Virus record (IMG/VR): IMGVR_UViG_3300045988_069579 | Location: 1 to 43,212 of that record | Length of the DNA: 43,212 bases | Strand: one strand, 5' to 3' | DNA from: a virus | Shown here: one piece after another, positions 1-7,186 of the stretch | How the letters are laid out: each line of letters begins with the position of its first letter | Numbering within the stretch: position 1 is the first letter of the stretch | Notes under the pieces: model-generated | The model's input: the letters and a program-made list of their open reading frames with translations, nothing else | Databases searched by the model: none | Told to the model about the DNA's origin: nothing | Position numbers and translations under genes: made by a program

Positions 1-383
1 ACTCCGCGCAGATAGGCAGCTCAGGTGACTACGCGCAGATAGGCAGCTCAGGCGACTCCGCGCAGATAGGCAGCTCAGGTGGCTACGCGCAGATAGGCAG
101 CTCAGGTGGCTACGCGCAGATAGGCAGCTCAGGCGACTTTGCGCAGATAGGCAGCTCAGGCTTCTCCGCGAAGATAGGCAGCTCAGGCTTCTCCGCGAAG
201 ATAGGCAGCTCAGGCGACTCCGCGCAGATAGGCAGCTCAGGCAACTACGCGCAGATAGGCAGCTCAGGCAACTACGCGCAGATAGGCAGCTCAGGTGACT
301 CCGCGAAGATAGGCAGCTCAGGCAACTACGCGCAGATAGGCAGCTCAGGTGACTCCGCGAAGATCGATATTTCGGGCAACACC
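1..383 (+). repeat. 27-nt tandem repeat array, 13 full copies plus 1 degenerate copy, coding
   Basis: gcgcagataggcagctcagg recurs at 6, 33, 60 ... 330, exactly 27 nt apart. Variation is confined to the two codons after GSSG and to Q/K. Confidence 0.95.
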
Positions 384-590
384 AGCGTAGGCGCTGCTAT
401 AGGCATCAACAGCATTATAAAAGGAGCAGTCGGCAACTGGATAACACTTGCGGAGTGGGCATATGACAGCGATAAACAGCGCTGTGCCCCTGTTTGCGTT
501 AAATCAGCACAGATCGACGGCAAAATAATAAAGGCTGATACATGGTATAAGCTTGCGGACGGCGAATTTGTCGAGGTAGCCGATGAATAA
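1..590 (+). CDS. C-terminal part of the wrap-around nonapeptide-repeat protein (DUF7666-like family, tentative)
   Basis: The frame starting at nt 3 is open to TAA 588-590, with no Met start in the window, so it is absent from the ORF track. It continues ORF 42754-43212 once the 35-nt overlap is removed (1014 nt, 337 aa in total). It encodes A-Q/K-I-G-S-S-G-x-x repeats followed by GNWITLAEW...DTWYKLADGEFVEV. Confidence 0.75.
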   Translation, partial: SAQIGSSGDYAQIGSSGDSAQIGSSGGYAQIGSSGGYAQIGSSGDFAQIGSSGFSAKIGSSGFSAKIGSSGDSAQIGSSGNYAQIGSSGNYAQIGSSGDSAKIGSSGNYAQIGSSGDSAKIDISGNTSVGAAIGINSIIKGAVGNWITLAEWAYDSDKQRCAPVCVKSAQIDGKIIKADTWYKLADGEFVEVADE

Positions 591-1101
591 ATACACGATC
601 ATCATAGCCCAGGTGTGCGCGGCGCTGCTGGCGCTGATAGTCATGGTACTGCTTGCCCTTGATAAAGGGGGCAGCAAGGCCGGTGCGGACGGTGTGCCGC
701 CCGAGGTTGATACGCACGGCCTGTGCGTAGTGGAAGTGGCAGAGCCTGAGTACGAGATGTACTTTACCGAGGCCGACGTGATAGCCCTTGCGCAGATGCT
801 TTACGGTGAAGCACGGGGGTGTAGTCTGCTAAATCAGCAGCAGTGCGTATGGTGTGTGCTTAACCGCGTGGACGATGCGCGTTTTCCTGATAGCATAATC
901 GGGGTATTGAAACAACCGCACCAGTTCTACGGATACTCGGACAGTTTCCCAGTTTGGGATGAGCTGTATGCCGTTGCAGAAGATGTACTCACGCGATGGA
1001 GCATGGAAAAGCAGGGCGCGGATGTGGCAAGGGAGCTGCCCGATACATACTGCTGGTTCACCGGCGACGGGGAGACAAATCACTTTAGGGAGGGCTATTA
1101 A
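583..1101 (+). CDS. Membrane-anchored cell wall hydrolase, SleB-like (Hydrolase_2 type)
   Basis: There is an N-terminal hydrophobic helix (IIIAQVCAALLALIVMVLLAL). The motifs LAQMLYGEARG, VWCVLNRV and FPDSI..VLKQPHQF match SleB-type cortex and cell-wall hydrolases. The start forms an ATGA overlap with the upstream ORF. Confidence 0.65.
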   Translation: MNKYTIIIAQVCAALLALIVMVLLALDKGGSKAGADGVPPEVDTHGLCVVEVAEPEYEMYFTEADVIALAQMLYGEARGCSLLNQQQCVWCVLNRVDDARFPDSIIGVLKQPHQFYGYSDSFPVWDELYAVAEDVLTRWSMEKQGADVARELPDTYCWFTGDGETNHFREGY

Positions 1102-1599
1102 ATGTCCAACAAAAAGATACTTGATGTGACGTGTGGATCTCGCACGATATGGTTTAACAAAAATCATCCTAATGCGATTTATTGCGATAAACGGGATGAA
1201 GCATTAACGGGGATATGGAAAAGCACAAACGGGCTTAGTGAAAGAACGAGCTATGTACATCCTGATATTCAGTGCGATTTTACTTGCCTACCCTTCGACG
1301 ATAACAGTTTCTCACTTGTAGTTTTTGATCCGCCGCATTTAATACGCGCCGGGAATAATTCGTGGCTGGTTAAAAAGTACGGCAAGCTCGATCAAGGTTG
1401 GGAACAGACAATTCAAGAAGGTTTCATGGAGTGTATGCGTGTATTAAAACCCGATGGCGTACTGATATTCAAGTGGTCTGAAACACAGATCCCCGCGGAT
1501 AAACTATGGCGAGTAATCGGGCGAAAACCGCTGTTCGGGCATCACAGCGGCAAAAAGTCCAAAACCTTTTGGGGCTGCTTTATGAAGGGAGTTACGTAA
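1102..1599 (+). CDS. SAM-dependent methyltransferase (probable DNA N6-A/N4-C MTase)
   Basis: ILDVTCGS is a motif I-like SAM loop. It is followed by VVFDPPH, a motif IV-like (D/N)PP(Y/F/H) element. The target is not determinable from sequence. Confidence 0.55.
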   Translation: MSNKKILDVTCGSRTIWFNKNHPNAIYCDKRDEALTGIWKSTNGLSERTSYVHPDIQCDFTCLPFDDNSFSLVVFDPPHLIRAGNNSWLVKKYGKLDQGWEQTIQEGFMECMRVLKPDGVLIFKWSETQIPADKLWRVIGRKPLFGHHSGKKSKTFWGCFMKGVT

Positions 1600-1959
1600 A
1601 TGACTGATACTGACCTTTTAATTCAAAACCTAAGGCGTGAAAACGAAGCGCTGAGAGCGGAGCTTGAATGGACGGGCAAAGAGATCATGCGTTTACGAAA
1701 CCAACTTAAAATGCAGTGGATTCCGTGCAGCGAGAAGTTGCCTAAGGAATGGATTGACGATGACAATAACACCTACATCAACTATCTGATTTATATGCCC
1801 TATTTCAAAGCAGCAAGTGTCGGGGTATATAACGATGACGAAGAAAGTTGGCTTTTCAGGGGCGTAGAAGTAAAAGTGAGTCACTGGATGCCGCTGCCGG
1901 ATGCGCCGAAAGGAGTAAACGATGGGAGCCGCGAGTTCTGGATGCAGGAGGTGGAGTGA
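1600..1959 (+). CDS. DUF551-like phage protein
   Basis: It has an N-terminal coiled coil, then WIPCSEKLP ... VSHWMPLPDAP, which is typical of DUF551 domains. Confidence 0.55.
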   Translation: MTDTDLLIQNLRRENEALRAELEWTGKEIMRLRNQLKMQWIPCSEKLPKEWIDDDNNTYINYLIYMPYFKAASVGVYNDDEESWLFRGVEVKVSHWMPLPDAPKGVNDGSREFWMQEVE

Positions 1960-2267
1960 TGGAACGGCTGACGAAACATAACAAGCAAACATCGCACGAA
2001 AACGGTATCTGTTGCACACATTTTTACGGCCCCGAATGCCTCGAAGTTGGCGGGAACTGCGCCATGAATTGCAAGTGGGAAGAAGCGGCGTGGAGCCGCC
2101 TCGCCGCCTACGAGGACACGGGGCTGACGCCGGAACAATGTGAAAACGCAAAGGTCATCATCGAATCTGCCTTTAGCGATGACACGTCAAAGGCGGAGCG
2201 GATTCGCGAGTTACTAAAGGCCGACGGAGAAAGCATTGGAGGCAAGGAAAGATGGCGACAAAACTGA
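1959..2267 (+). CDS. Hypothetical phage protein (Cys-containing, AAYEDTGLTPEQ motif)
   Basis: ATG 1959 overlaps the upstream TGA (TGATG). I prefer it to the track start at 1848, which overlaps the previous gene by 110 nt. Confidence 0.55.
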   Translation: MERLTKHNKQTSHENGICCTHFYGPECLEVGGNCAMNCKWEEAAWSRLAAYEDTGLTPEQCENAKVIIESAFSDDTSKAERIRELLKADGESIGGKERWRQN

Positions 2268-2431
2268 TCTGTGACCGCTGCGGCGCGGAGATAAACCCAA
2301 AGAGTTCCGTGACCTACGCAGGAATGCGGCGGCATAACATGAGCAGAAACGAGACCGACTATGATCTGTGCGTTTCGTGCGCACACAAGCTGCGTGCGTG
2401 GCTTAGCGGAAAGGAGAATGACGATGACTAA
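2252..2431 (+). CDS. Small zinc-ribbon-like protein (59 aa)
   Basis: AAGGAAAG lies upstream of ATG 2252. The sequence has CDRC ... CVSC pairs. It falls below the ORF-track length cutoff. Confidence 0.5.
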   Translation: MATKLICDRCGAEINPKSSVTYAGMRRHNMSRNETDYDLCVSCAHKLRAWLSGKENDDD

Positions 2432-2516
2432 ACCATGCTACGGAAAATGTGACCGCTGTGTGTGGAAATACAACGGCGGCTGTTCGGAATGGAGGATTAG
2501 CAATGTCATTAGTTAA
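2424..2516 (+). CDS. Tiny Cys-rich ORF (30 aa)
   Basis: AAGGAG sits 7 nt upstream of ATG 2424. The product is MTKPCYGKCDRCVWKYNGGCSEW.... It overlaps both neighbouring genes. Confidence 0.4.
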   Translation: MTKPCYGKCDRCVWKYNGGCSEWRISNVIS

Positions 2517-2700
2517 GAGAAAAATTTTCATCTGCGATTACTGCGGAGCAATCAAACTGGCTGAACGATATGATTGCAGCTTTAGCTATACGCTACCGTA
2601 TGGATGGGGTGAATTTGGTCGAAACCATCTGTGCCCGAGTTGCTACACAGCGTGGGGAAACCTGAAAAATCAGGCAGAAAGCGAGGGCGACAATGGCTGA
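2503..2700 (+). CDS. Small zinc-ribbon protein (65 aa)
   Basis: GGAGGA sits 6 nt upstream of ATG 2503. The sequence has CDYC ... CPSC pairs. Confidence 0.55.
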   Translation: MSLVKRKIFICDYCGAIKLAERYDCSFSYTLPYGWGEFGRNHLCPSCYTAWGNLKNQAESEGDNG

Positions 2701-2860
2701 ATACATAGACAGGAACGCTTTCCTTTGGAATTATTGCAAGTATTGTGGAAAACGCATTGAAGTCGGTGAAAAGTGCTACGGTTTGCCGACGGGAGAAAGC
2801 GTTTGTGCAAGTTGTTGCGTTGAAGAAAATGAATTGCGGGAGGAGAATGACAATGGCTGA
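2693..2860 (+). CDS. Small Cys-rich protein starting MAEYIDR (55 aa)
   Basis: The ATG sits in a duplicated 21-nt junction. The sequence has CKYC ... CASCC motifs. It falls below the ORF-track cutoff. Confidence 0.5.
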   Translation: MAEYIDRNAFLWNYCKYCGKRIEVGEKCYGLPTGESVCASCCVEENELREENDNG

Positions 2861-3134
2861 ATACATAGATCGTGAAGCGCTGTTACATGACATCGAGCAA
2901 TCGGTGGTATACACGGTAAGAGAAAAAATAACGAGCGCAGAAATGCGAGGCGCTCACAAAGTTATCGAGCGCATTAAGTGTGCGCCTGCTGTCGAGCCTA
3001 TTTATATTCACGAACCGACAAAAAGCGAGTTTAAGCGCATGGCGGTACAGCAGGGCTATGCGCCGGCGGCGCATGGGCGGTGGGATGACATAGTGGGCAA
3101 GCGCTTGAATGGGAAAAATAAAAAGGAGGACTGA
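2853..3134 (+). CDS. Hypothetical protein starting MAEYIDR (93 aa), N-terminal paralogue of the previous ORF
   Basis: GGAGGAG sits 7 nt upstream of ATG 2853, in the same frame as track ORF 2745-3134. Confidence 0.55.
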   Translation: MAEYIDREALLHDIEQSVVYTVREKITSAEMRGAHKVIERIKCAPAVEPIYIHEPTKSEFKRMAVQQGYAPAAHGRWDDIVGKRLNGKNKKED

Positions 3135-3139
3135 CAAAA

Positions 3140-3694
3140 ATGGGAGCAAGACGAATTTCTAACGCGACGAACGAGAAGATAATTGCGCTTATGTCGATGG
3201 GCAAGACAGGCGAACAGGCGGCGTTTGCGGTCGGCGCGAGCGGGAGCTACTGCAACAAACTGTACACTGTGGTAAAGCACATTGCCAATGAGCGGTGGGA
3301 CGAGTTAATAGAATATTCTCGGTCTGCGACAACCGGCGGGGCGATTGTCTGGGCTTGCGAATACCTCAATACGCAACTGCCGCAAGAAGTCGCGGAGGCT
3401 ATTGAGGCGGTACGGCATCGCAGAGCAACGCCCAAAGCGGCAGAAGCAGCGCCGCAGCCCAAACCGCCAGCAGAGCCGATTGACAACACGGCGACGGCAA
3501 TCATCAAACTGCTTGAAAAGCTCGATGAGGCAGTGAACACCATAACCGAAGCTGCTGACGATATATGCCAGACGATAACGACGGCGCGAAAGCTCAACGA
3601 GGACTGCATAAACGCAAACTTCGATGTGCTGACGGCTACACTCCGTGACGGCGTTGAAAGCGTTAAAACGACGATAAGAAAGGGACAAAAATGA
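3140..3694 (+). CDS. Hypothetical protein, possible N-terminal HTH, Ala/Pro-rich linker
   Basis: A strong SD (AAGGAGG) precedes the start and the ORF is 184 aa. I recognise no family. Confidence 0.6.
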   Translation: MGARRISNATNEKIIALMSMGKTGEQAAFAVGASGSYCNKLYTVVKHIANERWDELIEYSRSATTGGAIVWACEYLNTQLPQEVAEAIEAVRHRRATPKAAEAAPQPKPPAEPIDNTATAIIKLLEKLDEAVNTITEAADDICQTITTARKLNEDCINANFDVLTATLRDGVESVKTTIRKGQK

Positions 3695-3909
3695 CACGCG
3701 GGGAATATATGTGCAAGGCGCGATTGGATGCAGGGTTAAGCATCGTGCGGCTGGCCGAAATATCCGGCATAGCCCAAACCACGATAAGCCTGCTTGAACG
3801 CAAATCACTACGCGGCGGCTGGATAGATACAATAGAAATCCTTGCCGATGCACTCGGACTGAGTATCGACGAATACGTAGGCCATAAGGTGGTGACTAAG
3901 CATGGGTAA
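3691..3909 (+). CDS. XRE-family HTH DNA-binding protein
   Basis: LSIVRLAEISGIAQTTISLLER is a helix-turn-helix pattern. The start forms an ATGA overlap with the upstream gene. Confidence 0.7.
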   Translation: MTRGEYMCKARLDAGLSIVRLAEISGIAQTTISLLERKSLRGGWIDTIEILADALGLSIDEYVGHKVVTKHG

Positions 3910-4225
3910 GCAATCAGCATTTGCAAAGGCCGTGCAGCGCGAAGTAGATATCCAGCTGCGGCTATACGGCAGAAACCGCATGCAGCTTGCCGAAGATGCC
4001 GCGTTTATGGCCGCTAATGAAGTGCTGGGCTTGGGCGCAGGACGCGCCCGGGCGTTTGGCGAGCCGTTTGTTAAATATGCAAACGAAATCGCTGAATTAG
4101 TGGTGGAAGACAGCAAGGCCGATGACAGCATCGAGTATGCGAAGGTCACGCTTGACCGCAGAATCAAAGAAATAGTGGGCGAGGATAACTTCTCGCCATT
4201 CGATGAAAGGTATGGACATGACTGA
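3902..4225 (+). CDS. Hypothetical protein
   Basis: A 107-aa ORF in an operon of tightly overlapping genes. Confidence 0.5.
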   Translation: MGKQSAFAKAVQREVDIQLRLYGRNRMQLAEDAAFMAANEVLGLGAGRARAFGEPFVKYANEIAELVVEDSKADDSIEYAKVTLDRRIKEIVGEDNFSPFDERYGHD

Positions 4226-4856
4226 AGCATTCAACATCGACTGTATGGAATACATGAAAACATTGCCCGACAATGCCTTTGAACTTGCTGTTGTTGACCC
4301 GCCATACGGCGACGGCATGGGATCGTTCAAACGAGCAGGCAAGAGCCGTTTTGGGGGACGATTTGACCGTTACAAGGGGGGGAAAATCATAGCGTGGGAC
4401 ATTGCCCCGAAGGAAGAGTATTTTACAGAACTTTTTCGTGTCTCACGCAACCAAATTATTTGGGGCGGCAATTATTTTGCCCTACCGCCGACAAGGTGCT
4501 TCCTGATACTCCGGAAAACAAACATTCCCGAAAATTTCTCAATGGCAATGTGTGAATACGCATGGACAAGCTTCAACGATAATGCAAAGGTGATTGACAT
4601 CAATATGCAAAATCAAATCGGACGATTTCACCCAACACAGAAGCCCGTGAAGTTATATGAGTGGATATATAGTTGTTACGCAAAAGAGGGTGACAAGATA
4701 CTTGATACGCATATGGGCAGCGGCTCAAGCAGGATAGCCGCTTACAATATGGGCTTTGACTATGTGGGATGTGAAATTGATAAGGATTACTTCGAAAAAG
4801 AGGAAGAACGCTTCAGAGAACACTCCATGCAGATAAATCTATTTTTAGGAGGATGA
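4203..4856 (+). CDS. DNA methyltransferase, beta-class N6-A/N4-C (motif IV before motif I)
   Basis: The motifs occur in the order VVDPPYG, FHPTQKPVKLYEWI, ILDTHMGSGSS. The start is more likely ATG 4212 or 4218 (GAAAGG upstream). A G7 run lies at 4376-4382. Confidence 0.75.
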   Translation: MKGMDMTEAFNIDCMEYMKTLPDNAFELAVVDPPYGDGMGSFKRAGKSRFGGRFDRYKGGKIIAWDIAPKEEYFTELFRVSRNQIIWGGNYFALPPTRCFLILRKTNIPENFSMAMCEYAWTSFNDNAKVIDINMQNQIGRFHPTQKPVKLYEWIYSCYAKEGDKILDTHMGSGSSRIAAYNMGFDYVGCEIDKDYFEKEEERFREHSMQINLFLGG

Positions 4857-4857
4857 A

Positions 4858-5367
4858 ATGCCAAAAAACGTAGGCTGGGAAGCCAAAAGCAACCACGACG
4901 GCAGCTACACTGTCTTTGTAAACGGCAAAGGCTATCACTGTGCCAACACATATGAAGTGCTTCGCTTGTTAGAAGACACCGGAGAAAAATCCGAATATCA
5001 GGCAAAGCAGATATACCAGCAGGCGCTTGAAACCTACGGCGGGCAATTGCAGACGTTCGTATGCATGGAAGAAATGTCGGAGCTGCAAAAGGAACTTTGC
5101 AAGTATGAGCGCGGCGAGGATAATGTTGAACATATTGCGGAGGAAATAGCCGATGTGCGCATTATGCTCGACCAAATGGTTATAATGCACGATTGCGAAA
5201 CGCTTGTAGAAGCCTATAAATCTGCAAAACTGGCTCGACTGAAAGAAAGATTGGACAGCGTCGTTCCGTGTAGCGCAGATGGCATTGATTATGTTATTCC
5301 GAAAGAAATATACGATAATCTTGCAGAAGAAACCGCAAAAATATGTGACAAACTACAGAAACGTTAG
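4858..5367 (+). CDS. MazG-like all-alpha NTP pyrophosphohydrolase domain protein
   Basis: EEMSELQKE ... EEIADVRIMLDQM is an acidic E..E / E..D metal-binding helix pattern. Confidence 0.5.
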   Translation: MPKNVGWEAKSNHDGSYTVFVNGKGYHCANTYEVLRLLEDTGEKSEYQAKQIYQQALETYGGQLQTFVCMEEMSELQKELCKYERGEDNVEHIAEEIADVRIMLDQMVIMHDCETLVEAYKSAKLARLKERLDSVVPCSADGIDYVIPKEIYDNLAEETAKICDKLQKR

Positions 5368-5384
5368 TCGAAAGGATGGTAAAT

Positions 5385-5666
5385 ATGAATTTTGTAAGAG
5401 CAAACGAGGTGTGTTGTGCACCTATGCCAGCCGTTGCGTCCACAGATACTATAAAAAATATTACGGGTACTAATTACAAGGCGGTATGCGAAATTAACGT
5501 TGTGTTAAGTGCTATAGAAGCACAAACATTTGGCATAAACACGGCCGAACCCGATACGCTGGGAGAAGATACGCTTGAAGCTGCGCTTATAGGTACAAAT
5601 AAAATTTTGGATAACATAATGGTTCGATTACACCAGTTTGCCGATCGTATGGGAGTACAGATATGA
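5385..5666 (+). CDS. Hypothetical protein
   Basis: AAAGGA lies about 8 nt upstream of ATG 5385. The track start at 5376 is in the same frame. Confidence 0.5.
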   Translation: MNFVRANEVCCAPMPAVASTDTIKNITGTNYKAVCEINVVLSAIEAQTFGINTAEPDTLGEDTLEAALIGTNKILDNIMVRLHQFADRMGVQI

Positions 5667-5956
5667 AAAGATTACTATATATAATACGCCTATGGCTGTT
5701 AGATGTTCTCGGCGGTGTGCCAAAACCGCATTATGATTATTTGCACGGCCTACTGTGTAGCGAACGCAAAGACTTCGATGCACTGTGCCACGATTACAAT
5801 GAAGAAATAGAAGATTACCGCGTAGCAATCCGTGAAATCTGCCGCCGGAGCGATAACACCTATTACGACTGGTGCTGCGATCAGTGCGATTGCGACTGCG
5901 ATAAGCGTAACGGCTGGTGCGCTGCTTTTGCACCCAAAGAATTTACAAAAAGATGA
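5663..5956 (+). CDS. Hypothetical Cys-rich protein
   Basis: The start forms an ATGA overlap. The C-terminus is WCCDQCDCDCDKRNGWC. Confidence 0.5.
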   Translation: MKRLLYIIRLWLLDVLGGVPKPHYDYLHGLLCSERKDFDALCHDYNEEIEDYRVAIREICRRSDNTYYDWCCDQCDCDCDKRNGWCAAFAPKEFTKR

Positions 5957-6168
5957 CTAACGACTGTAAAGGCTGCACAGTGCGCCGCATAGGCTGCCAC
6001 GCCAATTGCAGCAGCTATCAGGCGTTTTGCGCGGAGAACGATAAACGCAAGGCGGCGGCGCGGAATGAATACCCGGCAAGGGAGCTGCTGGTGACCGGCT
6101 ACATAAAACGCGCAAGGGCGGTAAAGACATTTACAACTAAAAAATGTTGGAGGTATCGCGGAACATGA
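5953..6168 (+). CDS. Hypothetical Cys-rich protein (71 aa)
   Basis: An ATGA overlap at 5953 marks the start. The sequence has CKGC ... CHANC motifs. Confidence 0.5.
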   Translation: MTNDCKGCTVRRIGCHANCSSYQAFCAENDKRKAAARNEYPARELLVTGYIKRARAVKTFTTKKCWRYRGT

Positions 6169-6389
6169 TAATTCAAAGTCAGTGCGAAATGATGCTAAAT
6201 CACATGCGCGAACACGGCAGCATAACAAGCCGAGAGGCCATGTATGACTACGGCATAGGCAGGGCATCCGGGCGCGTGTTTGATCTTCGCAAGCGCGGCT
6301 ATGACGTTGAAACAACGATGGAGACCGGACTTAACCGTTACGGCATCCCGACACGGTACGCGAGGTACACGCTGCATGAGGGGCGCTGA
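6165..6389 (+). CDS. Winged-helix/HTH DNA-binding protein
   Basis: MLNHMREHGSITSREAMYDYGIGRASGRVFDLRKRGY is a pattern common in small phage wHTH proteins. The start forms an ATGA overlap. Confidence 0.55.
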   Translation: MIIQSQCEMMLNHMREHGSITSREAMYDYGIGRASGRVFDLRKRGYDVETTMETGLNRYGIPTRYARYTLHEGR

Positions 6390-6603
6390 CGGATATTATG
6401 ACAGCCGGGCAAAATGCCCGTTTTGGTCAAAAGGCTCGGCGCGTGAGAACAAGATTTTTTGCGAAGGCCCATGCGGTGACGCAAGATTGCAGCTGTGGTT
6501 TAAAGGCGACGAGCAGAAACGCCGGGTGTATGTGTCCAAATACTGCTGCACACAGTACGCACAATGCCCGGTCTACAAGATCACATTAGCGGAAAAATAC
6601 TAA
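6376..6603 (+). CDS. Hypothetical Cys-rich protein (75 aa)
   Basis: An in-frame ATG at 6376 overlaps the end of the previous gene. The protein contains 8 Cys. Confidence 0.45.
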   Translation: MRGADGYYDSRAKCPFWSKGSARENKIFCEGPCGDARLQLWFKGDEQKRRVYVSKYCCTQYAQCPVYKITLAEKY

Positions 6604-6637
6604 AGGGTAGCGCATTAAGCGTTACCCTTGTTTTTTT
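6603..6637 (+). terminator. Rho-independent terminator closing the early/middle operon
   Basis: An 11-bp stem (aagggtagcgc / gcgttaccctt, one G-U pair) with a 5-nt loop is followed by T7. Confidence 0.8.
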
Positions 6638-6674
6638 ATGTGCAGCAAAAAAGTGGGCAAGGTGGGGCTGATTA

Positions 6675-7184
6675 ATGCAGCGCCACCTACATTATTATAA
6701 AGGCATGAGCAAATGGGATGATATCAAAACTGAATATATTACTACCGACATAGGCACAAGGCCGCTTGCCGAGAAACACAACGTTTCTTACAGCACATTG
6801 CGAAAACGTGCTGAGCGTGAAAAATGGGCGCAGAAGCGGACGCAGTATAGCGCGGCCAAGGGCGCAGACCGTATCAAAGCACAGCTGGAAATTGACTATC
6901 AGGAATATAAAAGCCTGTTAGAAGCTGCTGGGCTGCTGTCAAGCAAGCTATGCAGCGCTGTAGCACAGTTAACGGATGCGGATATTATCAAGGATAAACG
7001 CGGCCTGAAAAGCCTTACAGGCGCAATGAAAGACCTTGCGGAAATCCAGGGTGTTAAATCCGATGCCGATAAACGCGAGCAGGAAGCGCGCATTAAAAAC
7101 CTTGAACGCCAGGCAGCAGGAGAAGCACAGCCTGAGCCGGTGCGCGTTATCATTGCCGGTGCCGATGATTTCTGCGGTAAATAA
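6675..7184 (+). CDS. terS: Terminase small subunit (putative)
   Basis: It lies immediately upstream of the large terminase. An HTH-like segment (PLAEKHNVSYSTLRKRAEREKW) is followed by a coiled coil. AAGGTGG sits 9 nt upstream of ATG 6675, and ATG 6705 is an alternative start. Confidence 0.6.
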   Translation: MQRHLHYYKGMSKWDDIKTEYITTDIGTRPLAEKHNVSYSTLRKRAEREKWAQKRTQYSAAKGADRIKAQLEIDYQEYKSLLEAAGLLSSKLCSAVAQLTDADIIKDKRGLKSLTGAMKDLAEIQGVKSDADKREQEARIKNLERQAAGEAQPEPVRVIIAGADDFCGK

Positions 7185-7186
7185 CC

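Noticed and set aside
1-383. A regular short tandem repeat array that could be mistaken for a CRISPR array
   Set aside because: The units are contiguous 27-mers with no spacers. They lie in one open reading frame and encode a nonapeptide repeat. No cas genes are present.
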